Below the pieces are notes generated by a model. The model was not told the origin of the DNA, searched no databases, and saw nothing but the letters and a program-made list of their open reading frames with translations. A program made the translations under genes and the position numbers. From positions 3,348,001 through 3,412,000 of the forward strand of contig JAYWIR010000017.1 in assembly GCA_036172245.1 (NCBI GenBank): a stretch of DNA of 64,000 nucleotides, written 5' to 3'. Below are positions 1 to 11,825 of this stretch, in pieces. Numbering within the stretch: the first letter of the stretch is position 1; each line of letters starts with the position of its first letter. This DNA is from Raillietiella orientalis. Taxonomy: Eukaryota.

Positions 1-139
1 GATGCTTCTCCGTTTGAGGAATCTTCTGGAGATGCAAGGCAGATGCCAGCTGCTTGCAATTCGAATCACTTTAAAATTTCTTGCAGAAAGCAAAGCACGC
101 TTTTCACTAGCTCCATTTTAGTTCTATTTTATCTTATTT

Positions 140-500
140 ATCATTGATTTATTCATCAATGATCAATTCACTGCAGTCTCCGCACTCCTGCATCCGCCTG
201 GCGAGATTATTTCACCAGTCACGGCATGATGCCTTTGTTTTCTGAAGTGACCACTGTGGAAGTCACAGTGGTCACTCGCACTTCCATTAATCGCACACGG
301 AAATGGAAAATTCGATGTTTGTTTTGCTGAGGAAGGGATGGTGGATTGGTAGGAAGTACCTCATACCACTTGTTCTGTTGAGTGCGCCCACTCCAGTGGT
401 GCCAGTCAGCTTCCAGAGCTCGATGTCTTGGTCTCGATGAAAGCAGTGGACGCCAAGCTGGAAGTGCCTGGTTTCTTCGTGCTGAAGATTCCAAACACTG
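140..500 (-). mobile_element. Possible decayed 3' end of an I/Nimb-like LINE ORF2
   Basis: ADWHHWSGRTQQNKWYEVLPT...RIFHFRVRL resembles the W..W....NKL..IKP...RLR segment after RNase H. A CGDC Cys pair follows in another frame. Weak match by eye. Confidence 0.25.
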
Positions 501-2329
501 GTAGACTCTCCTGGAGGCTTCGATACTCCTTTCTTTCCTTTTTCATCCCTTCTTCGTGCACTCGTTCAACATGAAAATCCACACTACTTGCTATGGCTTG
601 TTGCCGCGTCGAGACACGAATGCACTTAATTCTTTCCTTCTCTTCCAGAAGGCAAAGAAACCTGCTTGGTTTCCTCCGGTGCTGGCTCCGATGCAGTTTT
701 GAACAACAACAACAAAAAAAAAAAAAACAGAGAGAGGGAAAGAGATTGCCGTCAAAAATCTGTTCAAAAATCTGGAGATTTTATCAGATGAAGAGTAAAC
801 ACAGTACTCATATAGATGTAATCCACGAGAAATGACCTTCTTAGCTGTGCTCCATCTCTCTTTCGCTTTGTTTTTAGAGCGCAAATCGGATGCATTCGCT
901 TTGTTGCATCTCTTCATTTCTTTCGCAATGTGACGAGTTGCTTTTCGATCTCCAGAGCCGTGAAAAAGCAGCTATCATTAACTGGGAATGTTCTTATGTG
1001 AATGATCCGAATGAGCATATGGAGCACTCTTAAAAATGCATCTATGAACACGCAGCCATGAAACGACAGCAAGAAATGAAATGATGAGCGGCTTTGTGTT
1101 TGCAGCCTTGCGGTCTGCCGGCGATTTACCCGGAAATGCGAAAACCCCTTTTGGTTTAAAAGAGCCTTTGTGTTTAAAAAACAACCAAAAGAAAAAAAGA
1201 AAAAAAGGCGGCCATTAGAGTATTTAATAATTCCGTATTCAATAATTTCGTGCAGCGATGGGTAGAATACTTGTTAAGATCTCGATACTGTGGGATTCAT
1301 ATTACAATGCTCGATACCGAGCCGTTAATATTATAATATTCTATCAACGTTTCTGAACACACGGATCTCACGAAGAGTTCTCTCTACAACTAAAGTTTCT
1401 CCCTTTGGTGGATGCTGTGTACGTTACAGCTCCACGCTATTGATAATTCAATTACCGAATTCTAGATAGCATTACGATCGCTTTCCGTGGCTGCCTATCT
1501 AACTTTGATCCACTCCGGAGGAAAGCGAGAACTCTCTTCACTTTTAATTCAGGTGTCATTAATTCTCGTGATGCTGTTAAGAGAATTTTAGCTTTGCCCC
1601 TTTGGAAGCAATCCGGTGATTTATGGGGTTAAGTTTCTATCAGACGATCGGGGAAAAGAGGAATCCATACCTTTCGTGTCATGTTTCCGTCGAAGAACCC
1701 GCTCCAGAGCAGATGGGGTTTCCAGTGAATCAGCCGAATCAGTTGTGCACTTTGCAGTGAAATTCCATCACCGGGGAAACCACGATGCGACCTCCTGATC
1801 GCCCTGCTCCACGAGCTCGGTTGATGACAACTCAGACTGCGCGCGTGAAAGTTAATTAGCGGGGCGAAAGTCAACGAGCGCGTCGGCGGCCACCCCTTCC
1901 TCGGACCGCGTGCCTGCCTCGGGAGTCCAGGACGATCTCGAGAAGCGAGTCCTGGTTCCGGACGGGGGGAGGGGACACCCTCGTCCCCCATCATGACTTG
2001 CGGCTTCGAACCCGCTGCCGGATTCCCGCGTTCCGGAGGGGGGGCGGGCTCTGGAAAGGGTGCCTTGGGTGGGTTCTCGGAGCCATCGGACAGGGCTTGT
2101 GTCCCCTCTCTCCACCCCACTCGCCCTGTCCACCTCGGCGAGGATAATGCGCAGAAGCCTGTAGTGAGAGAGTGACTTCGAGGCTGGGAGGCTGGTCTGT
2201 TTTCTATGGTGATCCCTGCTATCCGCCCTTGTAAATCAAGAGCAAGTGTTTGATTGCGTCACACAAATTGATATCATGAATCATGTTACATCACTCAATT
2301 TGGCAGAAGCGAACAAGCAGTCCTGCAGT

Positions 2330-2460
2330 TTCTTCGCCAATCAATGGAATGCATAGATTGACGTTGGCGAGCGGAGGAACCGATGATCCAATAACCGCCG
2401 AGATCTTGGAGGAGAGGCGCGCGCGCGGGAGGGAGAGAGAGAGAGAGAGAGCGCAGCGGT
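2330..2460 (+). promoter_or_regulatory. Probable proximal promoter of the POU gene
   Basis: Two CCAAT boxes (2337-2341, 2388-2392), an ATGCAT POU-type motif near 2349, a (GC)n run at 2417-2427 and a GAGA-factor-type (GA)n tract at 2433-2451, all 110-230 nt upstream of the ATG. The transcription start site cannot be placed from sequence. Confidence 0.45.
2433..2451. repeat. (GA)n microsatellite
   Basis: Directly visible. Confidence 0.9.
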
Positions 2461-2489
2461 CCCAGCACGGAGTCGCGGCTCTGCCGAGA

Positions 2490-2594
2490 ATGCAGATGAT
2501 GCACGTTCGTCGTTCTCCTGACTTGCGCACTGGGAACAGAGAGAATAGATCGCTCGAGCGAAACCATGACTTCGCCGGTGTACGCGGTCACTAA
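2490..2594 (+). other. Out-of-frame upstream ORF ([34 protein letters not shown]) overlapping the vvl start codon
   Basis: ATG at 2490 with A at -3, two more ATGs within the next three codons, TAA at 2592-2594, past the main ATG at 2566. It is functional only if these bases are in the 5' UTR. Confidence 0.4.
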
Positions 2595-3768
2595 CGTGGT
2601 GAACGTTGCGACGAGCAGATGTGACGTTGGTGCGCCAACCATGAACATAGTGAATTCCCAGGGGTACGGCGCCCCTCGAGACATACACGAGATGAAATAC
2701 ATGGTGCAGCATCATCAGGGCCCTGGCAGCCACCCCCTGACCCACAACCCATGGGTCGCGATGCCTCCCGCCGGAGATCCTGGCCACTGGGGAACGGCGA
2801 TGCACCCCCACGCGGCCTTGCACGTGCCACAAGACATTAAGCCTCAGGCCGCGGACGTCCCCATCCACCACCGTGCCCCCCAGAACATGGCTCCTCACCC
2901 GTGGCACCCTCAAGTTTCGTCCCCGTATCTGACTGGTGGTACCCCTAACGGTTGCGCCACCCTCCAGCATCCCGCGTACACGATGAACGGCATGCTCCCA
3001 GGCCAGTTGCACCATTCCATGCGCGACATCCAGAACGCTTCTCCCCTGAACGAGCATCACGAAGACCACGAAGATGCTCCCAGTTCCGACGACCTGGAAG
3101 CGTTCGCTAAGCAATTCAAACAGAGACGAATCAAGCTGGGCTTTACCCAAGCTGACGTAGGTCTGGCCCTAGGAACCCTGTACGGAAACGTGTTTTCCCA
3201 GACGACCATTTGCAGGTTCGAGGCGTTACAGCTGAGCTTCAAGAACATGTGCAAGCTGAAGCCCTTGCTTCAGAAGTGGCTAGAGGAGGCCGACTCCACC
3301 ACCGGGTCGCCAACAAGCATCGACAAGATCGCGGCTCAGGGACGGAAGAGGAAGAAGCGAACCAGCATCGAGGTGACTGTGAAAGGTGCCCTGGAGCAGC
3401 ACTTCCACAAGCAGCCCAAACCCTCCGCCCAGGAAATCACGTCCCTGGCGGACAGCCTGCAGCTGGAGAAGGAAGTGGTCCGGGTGTGGTTCTGCAACAG
3501 GAGGCAGAAAGAAAAGCGCATGACCCCTCCGCTGAACGGTGCCTCCTCGATGGCGGGAAACGGTGATATGATAGGTGATCACGCGAACCACCACGCGCTG
3601 ACCCTGGATCACATCCCGGGGCAGTACCCGCCTCCTCCTCCCCCGCCTCACACGCAGGAACGGGCCGTGCACGGTTCTCCCGCGACGATGCACTCCGGTA
3701 GCCCCACCATGCTTTCCCCCCAGACGCTATCGCACGCCTCGGTGGGTCAATCCCTGACCGCCCACTAG
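2566..3768 (+). CDS. vvl: Class III POU-domain transcription factor (ventral veins lacking/drifter/Cf1a; POU3F/Brn-1/2 family), 400 aa, single exon
   Basis: Uninterrupted ORF from aaaaccATG to TAG. POU-specific domain [74 protein letters not shown] (~3073-3294). Class III linker [19 protein letters not shown] homeodomain [11 protein letters not shown]...[16 protein letters not shown] (~3343-3522). His/Pro-rich N- and C-terminal regions. Class III POU genes are typically intronless. Confidence 0.97.
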   Translation: MTSPVYAVTNVVNVATSRCDVGAPTMNIVNSQGYGAPRDIHEMKYMVQHHQGPGSHPLTHNPWVAMPPAGDPGHWGTAMHPHAALHVPQDIKPQAADVPIHHRAPQNMAPHPWHPQVSSPYLTGGTPNGCATLQHPAYTMNGMLPGQLHHSMRDIQNASPLNEHHEDHEDAPSSDDLEAFAKQFKQRRIKLGFTQADVGLALGTLYGNVFSQTTICRFEALQLSFKNMCKLKPLLQKWLEEADSTTGSPTSIDKIAAQGRKRKKRTSIEVTVKGALEQHFHKQPKPSAQEITSLADSLQLEKEVVRVWFCNRRQKEKRMTPPLNGASSMAGNGDMIGDHANHHALTLDHIPGQYPPPPPPPHTQERAVHGSPATMHSGSPTMLSPQTLSHASVGQSLTAH

Positions 3769-3994
3769 TTTCTTCTCCTTCCCTTGACGAGATTCGAAGA
3801 AGGGGAGAGAGAATTCCTGTGAGTTCAGTTTTCGGGGGAACACGGGATCACGTGCAAGCTCGGAAAGACCTTTTTGTCCGTTTTTTTTTTTTTTTCATTT
3901 CCTTTTTTTTTTTTCTTGGTTTAGTGGGGAGGAGGGACGTCCTCCTCCCATCCCACCCCACCCACCCAAAACAACAGCAACAACAACAACAGAA

Positions 3995-4016
3995 ATATAT
4001 ATATATATATATATAT
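3995..4016. repeat. (TA)n microsatellite in the putative vvl 3' UTR
   Basis: Directly visible. Flanked by poly-T runs (3881-3913), (CAA)n (3970-3990) and poly-A/(CA)n runs (4234-4279). Confidence 0.9.
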
Positions 4017-7000
4017 GAATGTGGTGCACGGGATGTGTGCTAACTGAACTGTGGTGTGATCGCCCGTGGTGTGACGCTCTGCTGCCCGCGTGTCCGGCAG
4101 CGCGCCTTTGGGTCCTTCAAGGAAAACAACGACATGGTAGCACCCGATGATCCTGCGAGGAGATCACGCAGGAGGGAGCAGGCAGGAAGAGGAAGCCGCG
4201 GCGCGTGGATGCGCCCCCCCCATCCCGGAGGAGAAAAAAAAAAAAACACACACACACACACCAAAAAAAAAAAAAAAAACGAGCCGATGCCTGCGGAAAG
4301 ACGGCGTCGTTCCACGAAAGCGCCCCTCCGCGCGCGAGCGTCGCAGCTCGCGCTGCCCACCTCAGGTAAATCTTTACGCAGCTTTTGTGTGCCCCGCGCG
4401 CAAGCGTGTGAGTGCGTGTGTGCTCTCGTTCCTCTTCCTCGTCTTCGTTTTCGTCTTGTGTCGCTCGTGTCTCTCCCGCATACCACCGGTTGCGAGTGCG
4501 CTGCTGTAGCTCGAGGGAGAGGAAGTCGATCGCTTTGTGCGCTCTCGCGTAGCGACCCCCTCCCCCTTCCCGTCCTGGTCCTACTCTGTCCCCTCCCAGC
4601 TGGCGCGGGTCCCTTCCGGAACGGAGTCTCGGAACGCGCCACGGTTTTTCCATGCTTCAAAGGGGCGCTCTGCGCCTCGCAGCTGGAGGCAGCGAGGAGG
4701 AGGAGGGGGCAAGGTGGATGTGGCGAAATCTCATCTCAGGAAGGAGTTCTTCCTATGTGCCTCGAGGGCGCTCCGCGCGCGGCTACCGCAGTCGGAAGCG
4801 GGCGAACGCCCGGGCGGACGCGTGTCGTTTCGCGCGCGCGGCGCAACCCGTTGGTGGCTTCCACGGAAAAGTCTACACACGGGGGAGGGGGAGCGGAGAG
4901 GAGCGCTCGCTCGCCCGAGATGACCCTCTTGCCTTCGCAACCCTCTCTCCCCTGCTCCAACCCCTCCTCCTCTTCGTGCTCTTGTTCCCTCACCCTCCCC
5001 CCAGTCCTCCGCTCGCCGTTTGCCGTCCTGGCTGCTGCTCCGGGATGCGTGCTTTCCGTTGGCGCGGGAAGTGGCGCTACGCGCTCGCTACTTCCTCTGA
5101 CCCCTCGCACCTCAGCACCCCGCGCACGCTCCTCCGCCAGCCCCTCAGACGCTCGCGACAGCTCGCTCTCCTCCTCCTCACCACCCGCGAGGGACCAGCT
5201 CATCTGTTGGGCTTCTCTTTCCGCATGCCCTCGGGCAACCGCGGGCCTTCCGCTCCTCGTTCTCGTCTCTCGCGAGCGGGACCACTCTCGCTGTGCAGGA
5301 CCCTGCCGAGGGATGGAAGGGGGGTGAAGAAAGGGGGGGAGTTGGGGTGACGTCGGGGCAACCACCGCGCCTTCCGCCTCTTCCCCGCGGCGCTTCGATA
5401 GCTGCCTCTGCCACCGCGAGACGTCCTCCTGCGCTCTGGAAGAGGCGGCAGCGAGAAAAATGCCGGCGACAGTGGCTCCCCAGCGGGGGACAGCTCTCTC
5501 CCCCTCTTTCCCGAGGACCCCGGACGACCACCACCGGCTCCTCTCCCCATGCTCTTCTCGGCTGCCGATACTCGGATCGCGCGCGCGCACGCTCACGGGC
5601 GCGTCGCGGCAGCTGGCGGGGCTTCCGACAGCGAGAAAGCAGCGGGGGAGGTGGAGGGAGAGAGAAAGGGGGAGGGGAAGGGAGCGGACGCGAGCGAGAA
5701 CGTGACCGGAGAGGGGGACGGAGGAAAAGGAGCTGGGGGGGGGGAGGAGGAGGAGGGCAACAGCGGTTCGGCGCGGCTCTGCGCCCGCGAGGGCGCGCGC
5801 GCGCTGCGATCCTCGCCTTCGGGAAGAGACCGGACGGAATAGGGGAGGAGCGGACGAGAGGAATGCGTTGCATTCCGAGTAAGGGGTCACTCGGGAAAGA
5901 GAGGCGGTTGGCAAGGCAACCCTTGGGACGTAATAAAGGAAAGGAGGAGATTGCTTTCCTTCCTCGGAGGCAGGGTCCATCTCGCTCGCGCTCTCTCCGG
6001 CCGAAGCCTCCTTTCCTTTCGGCTCGCGGCGGCGCGCGCGGCAAGCGGCGGCGGGCAGGTCATGACCCGTGTGCCGGGGTGGGCAGCGGGACCGGCGGCA
6101 GATGCGAGATAATTGGTTGGCGCGGGCGTTGTTTGTAAACAAAGGAGACGCGGCGCCTCCCCCGCACCGCGACGGGTGCGGGGATCCTTCCGGGAGCGCG
6201 CCGCCGGCGCAGGGGAGAAGGAACAGGAACGTTTGCCGGCGGCATCCAGCGCGGAAGGGGCGGCGGTGACAATCGGTTCGGCCGGCTCGGCGACCTGCGG
6301 GACGGCGGCAAACCTGCCCCCCTCCCCTCTCCTTTCCCCCAGGATCCTCTGGAGGGGGCGCGCTCCCCTCCGAAGCGGCTACGCCCGCGGCTCCTCCCTT
6401 CCGCTCGAGGCCTCCCTGGGCGGAGCCACCGCGTAGCTTCGTCTTCTTCCCCCATCCCCACCCCCTCTATCCGGAGAGGAAAAAGGTGGGTGGGGAAGGC
6501 AGCAGCGAGCCCCCACTGTCCCGCCGGGGGAAACCCACTACCTTTGCCCCTCCTCCTCACCCCGTCGCCCTCGTGACTCGGCCGCCTTCCGCCGGCAGTT
6601 TCCGGCGTCCTGGAGGGCCTGTGGCATCCGCCCTGCCGACCCCCTGCGGCTGCAGAGGAGCCCCCTGCAGGTTCTTAGGGAACCGGCGACGGGAGGTCTT
6701 CCTGGAGGGCCGGCAGGGAAGCGGACAGGCCCGCGTCGCAGGTGCAAGGCCTGGGCGGGCAGGGGGAGGGGGAGGGGGAACAAGGCTGCTGCTACTGCTG
6801 CTGCGGCCTTCGGGAGCGCGCGCGGGGGTAGGGAGGTGCTCCACACCCGAGGACACCGGGAGGGGGGCTGAGGAGAGGGTAGCGCGTTCCCTTCCTGCAG
6901 AGACCTCGCAGAAAAGAGCCGCCTCCGGACTCGCCTCCGGGAAGAGCCACCGCCCGCGCGATTTTTCCTCGAAGGGAAAGGAATATGGGGGGGGGGGGGG

Positions 7001-10000
7001 AAGAGGGCTGGAAAGCGAACGGGTTTCGGAACCGGTTTCTGCCCCCGGGACGCCGGATCTGCCCGCGCATCTTCCCGACGGGAGAAACGTGAGGACGGGC
7101 TCAAAAACAAAAAAAACTCGACTGCGCAGGGCGTCTCCTCAAGCCCGTGGGTCTCACTGTGGCGCCACTAGAGAGCACGCATGGAAGGGGGATCCTCCCT
7201 CTTTTCCGCTCCTCTGGGAAGATGGCTGGTACTACGGACGGACGCCAGGAACCTCCCTGAACCGCGACTGCCCTCCTCGAGGAAATGGGGCGGGGAGAGA
7301 GAGTCTCCCTCTCAGAGGAAGATCCGCATCCAGGTCTTGGACTGCGGCCTGCGGCAGCGACTCGGTGGATTCTTCCCTGCTCCCCCTCCTCCCCCTTTTT
7401 TCCGCACCCTCTGCTTTAGGGGAACGTGCGGGCGCGCGCCCGCGCTGCGTCGTTTCCAAAGAGACATCAATCCCGCTTTTCCCCCAGCATTCCCCCTGCG
7501 GCTCCTCATCGACTTCCCTCCGTCCGTTCCTGGTCTTTCCCGCACGGGCCCCTGCACGAGGGAGCCCCTCGACGACCTGGGCTTCGTCGGGCTGGTCCCT
7601 ACAGTGGCGGGAGGAACACGGCAGCCCGAATGGGAGGAGCCTCGAGGAAGGGGGAGGAGGAGGTGGGGGGAGGAAGGGGAGAGGACGCGTTCAGGAGGCA
7701 GAGGAAGCCGCTCTGCCTCAACCGCCGCGCGCGCGACAGCAAAGCTGCGGGCGCGCGAGTCGGCGAACAGACGAACCACTCGCTCCCTCTCCCTCCTCCT
7801 CCGGCCCGCTCTCTGGCCTTCCTTCGTCCGTCAGGAGGGAAAGGGAGGAGGGGGAGAGGAGACGAGGAGGAGGAGGCCTACCTCCGCTTCCACACCACCG
7901 CCGGTTTCCATGCCGATGCGAGGGAGCGAAGGTCAGTTCCTCCGTCGCGGGGGACGCCGCCGCACAGCCTCTGCCCTGCGCGTGTCCCCTTCAAGGGGGA
8001 GGAAGGGAGGGCTTGATCCGAGGCGGAGTCAGTTGGAACGCTCACGTGCGCGACACCCGAAGACTCCGCCGATGGGCGGCCCGGTCGACCCAAATGCCGG
8101 CCAGCGGCACCTCCGCGCACGTAGTGCCAGATTCCCTGGACGTGCCCCGCAGGAATCCAGGCGAACTCCTTCCTCTCCTCCTACTCTTCCTCTCGCCACC
8201 ACCTACCCCCTCCGTCCTCCCATCCACCGAGCGCCCTTGGTTCGCCCCTGTGGGATCGCGGACGGCACCCGCGGAACCGACGCATCCCCGAGGTCGGGAG
8301 GGCCGGTGAGGTGGGACGGAGTCGGGGCGAGCTTGCCTGCCCATGCCGCCTCGGGGTCCGGGAGGCCCGCAGGGAGATCACAGACTCTGAGCAGTTTCCA
8401 CGGAAGTACCGTTCCTTCACAGAGCCGCGGTCACCTCCCCAGGGGCTCTTCCCTTCCCCTGTGAAGGCGGGCGGGAAGGACATCCCTCCTGGACCAACCG
8501 GTTGGGAGGAAAGCCCGCTGGCACTTTCGCGAAGGCCTCACGGTGGGCAGGAAGCCGAGCTGGTCTCCTTGGAGACGCATCCACCGACTGCCGCTCCGGC
8601 TGCCACGAGGCGACGTCCTTCCCCTTCCCCTTCCCCTTTTCCTCCTCGGTGATGAGAGGAACAGAGGATTCGCTCACCTCCTTACTCCCCTCCCTTCCTG
8701 TCCTCTGCGCTTTAGAAACCGAGCGAGACACGCACGTGAGATGCTCGGGAGACGAACATTGCCGCTGCGCGCCTGTTTTCCGTCCCCCCTCCCCCTTTGC
8801 CATGGCAACGGTCGGTTGCGCCCCGCCCTCCCTTCCCGCGCCTGCCCTCTTCTCCCACCGGCTCCCGGTCGCGGGAACAGCCGTCGGCCAGGCGGGGCGA
8901 TCCCCTCCCCCCTCTGCCTGCCCCGGGCGGGTTTCCCGGGAAACCTCCGGGATCCTCCCGGCTTCCCGCCCCGGTAAACAAACAAATAAATCGCGCGGCA
9001 GGGCTAAGAATGAGGCCCTTTGGTCACGGGGGGACCGGCGTGGGGCTCGCCTTTGTTCGCCCGGTCGCCATGGTGCCGAGCCCCTCCTTGCGCGCTCTCT
9101 CGCTTGCGAGAGACAAAGCGGCGCGCGGCATCGCTCCCGGTGATCCCCCCCCCCTCCCCCTTCCCCCTGCAAAAGTCAGCGCTTCCCCTCCTGGATCGCG
9201 GCTCGAGGGGGAAGTCTCTCGAGGTGGGGCGGTGGCGGTGTCGGAGGCTGCCGAAGAGACGCCCCTCGTGAGCCCCGCTTTCCTCCCTCCCCGGGAGGGA
9301 GGGGAAGCGGGGGGGAGAGGGAGGAGAGAAACGAACCTCTCCCTCTTCCCCCTCATCCCCTTTCTGCGCACATTCCAGCGAGGGCTGCGCGGTCGAAGGG
9401 AGGGTGAAGGAAGTACCCCTCCCCTTCCCGTTGACCCGTCGCCCTCCCCCTTCCTCCGGCCCCTCCTTCGCGAACGGTGGGAGAGCGAGCGTGCGGCCTC
9501 GCTGGAATGCGCCCGCGCGCGCCGCCGTCCGGCCTCCCCCGCCGCAGGCCGCGGTGGCCTCTCGGCCGCTGACAGATTGATGGCGGCCGCGCGAACGGGT
9601 GGTTCGCGCGCAGGGCCGCAGGCAGAGGCGCGCGCGCACAAGAAGGGCGCGGAGCCTCGGGGGCCGACGGCGGCTTGGGAGGCCCTCCTGCGCCCGACCG
9701 TAGCCAGGGAGCTCCGATGACTTGACAAGGGCCCTCTTCGGAGCGTCAGGAGCAGCGGCTCCGAACCGTCCCCCTCCACCCTCCACCCCTTTCTCTCCCC
9801 TCCTGGAGAGGGATCGGACCGACGCGAACGGCCACCGCGTTGCCCGAGAGACCCGGGGATCTTCCTCAGGGAGAGAACTCCTCCTCTTCTCCCGACCGCA
9901 GCTCTCACGGCTCCTCCTCCTGCTCCCGTTTGCTCTACGCAAACGGAAGGAAGGGGGAGTCGGAAGCCGCAGAGCCCTCTCCTTCTGGCGGAAGTGCCTC

Positions 10001-11802
10001 CTCCCTTCTCTTCCCGGAACCCTTCCCTCGTCTCCCCTTCGTTCCCTCCCCCCGCGCTCCTTTCCGCCGGAGGGGGAAGCGGTGGAGAGATAAAAAAAAA
10101 AAAGGGGGGAGAGTCCTCCCGAGGTCTTCCCGGAGGGAAGGGGGGAGGAGAGGGAGCGAACGGGGAAGGGAAGGAGGGGAGGAAGGACGCCGTTCGGGGG
10201 GGAGCGCGCACAAAAGAGGCGGCGGTGGCGACGGCAGCTGCGCGCGCCGAAAGGGCCGCCGCCGCCGCGCCTCCTGGCGACGGCGTCGTCGTCGTCGTGG
10301 TCCTGGACGCCCCCGCCTCGTCCGCGAGGGGGAAAGGAGGAGGTCGAGAGGGGGGGAAGAAGTAAGGCGGATTTCTTCGTCCGGAGGAGCAGCAGGAAAA
10401 AGGGACGACGACTTCCTGTTCCCCTTCCCAGTCCTCCCCCCCACCCCCCTCCGCCTGTAGAGGGGAGCTGCGGACAGTCGGGGTGGGACAGCGTGCGGGG
10501 GGATGAGGGCTAGGGCCGCGCCCAACGAGACCCTTCTCTCGCCTTTCTCTTCTCTTCTACTTCCAGCAGACGGAGGAGCGGCAGCCGCTTCCTTTCCCCC
10601 ACGCAGGAAGAGAGCGTTACCGTCCCCCTGAAGGAAAAGCCCGGGTCGTCGCCTAGCAGCGCCACCACCCACCTTCCCCGCCCACCCCGGAAACATACAC
10701 ACGGAAAAAAAAAAAAAAGAGGGAGGGGGAGGGCTGGGATGACTCGAGCCCCTCCTTCGACTGCCGCTGCCCCTGAGCCGCTGTTGTTCCCGAATAAAAA
10801 AAAAAAAACAAAAAAAGAAAGGAAGAAAAAAAAAAAGGGAAAACTAGGGGTGGGGGAGGACGGGCGGAGCAGGAAAAAGGTGAGACCACGTACGCAGGCA
10901 CGCGTGGGGGACCCGAATGTCCAGCTCCCCCCACCCCCCACCCGACTCTGCTGGATCTCCCGCCCTCTACGGGCGAAGGGATCGGCGGTGGGATGGGCGG
11001 GATAGGAGGAGGAAGAGGCGGGCGGGCGGGAGTGCCTGCGACGAGCCGCGCTCGCTCTCATGGGCAGGCGGGCGGGCCGTCGTCGCCAGGGACACCGCAG
11101 CGCCCGCCCCGAGTATCGATTTCAAAAACCGCGAGCCGAGGGCTGATTGGCCGGCGCCTTCCGCCGTTACCTAGACTACGCGCGGAAAGGGGGACGGTCC
11201 GCGGCAGGGCAGCCCGCTCCAGGGGGACGCGCCTGCCTACCTGCCCGCTCCTCGCCGTCGCGAGCTGCGGGAAGCGTCGGGGTCGGGTCGGGTTTCAGGA
11301 TCGGGCGCGCGCTTCCGGGAGGAACCGCCGCTGCGATGGAGCGGTTGCCCGGCTTCCCCTCCGTCCTCGCGGCAGCGGCAGCGGCGTCGCCATCTCCGTC
11401 CCGGAAAGGAGGAGCGGCTCCTTCCTCGCTGCCTTCCTTTCCTCCCTCCTCGCTTCCTCCTCTTCCTCCTCTCCTTCCCAGACCGACGAAGGGGAACGCT
11501 CCAAAATTTTTACTTCCGCTCACGAAAATCCTCTCCCGGAAATCGATGCCTGGAGACCATTGTTGAGGACGAGAGCGTCTCCTTTACCCTTCCCGGCGCA
11601 ATTTTCCTCTCCTCCGCGCGATTCTTCCAGGACGTTCCCTGAATTCTGATGCGGTGCTGATTAGCATTCAGGGCAGAGCATCAGCCTGGGATGCGGATAG
11701 AGGCTCCGTCCTTGTCAGCATCCGTGGGCTGCAACGCTCTCCCGATCAGCCTCTCTTTCCCGGAGGATGCTCCGAGAGGCACCAACCTCCCGGGACCTCT
11801 TT

Positions 11803-11825
11803 CTCTCTCTCTCTCTCTCTCTCTC
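11803..11825. repeat. (CT)n microsatellite
   Basis: Directly visible. Confidence 0.9.

Noticed and set aside
2341..3150. 269-aa ORF antisense to vvl (also the 137-aa ORF at 3280-3693)
   Set aside because: Shadow ORFs caused by the GC-rich codon usage of the POU gene; no recognisable domain.
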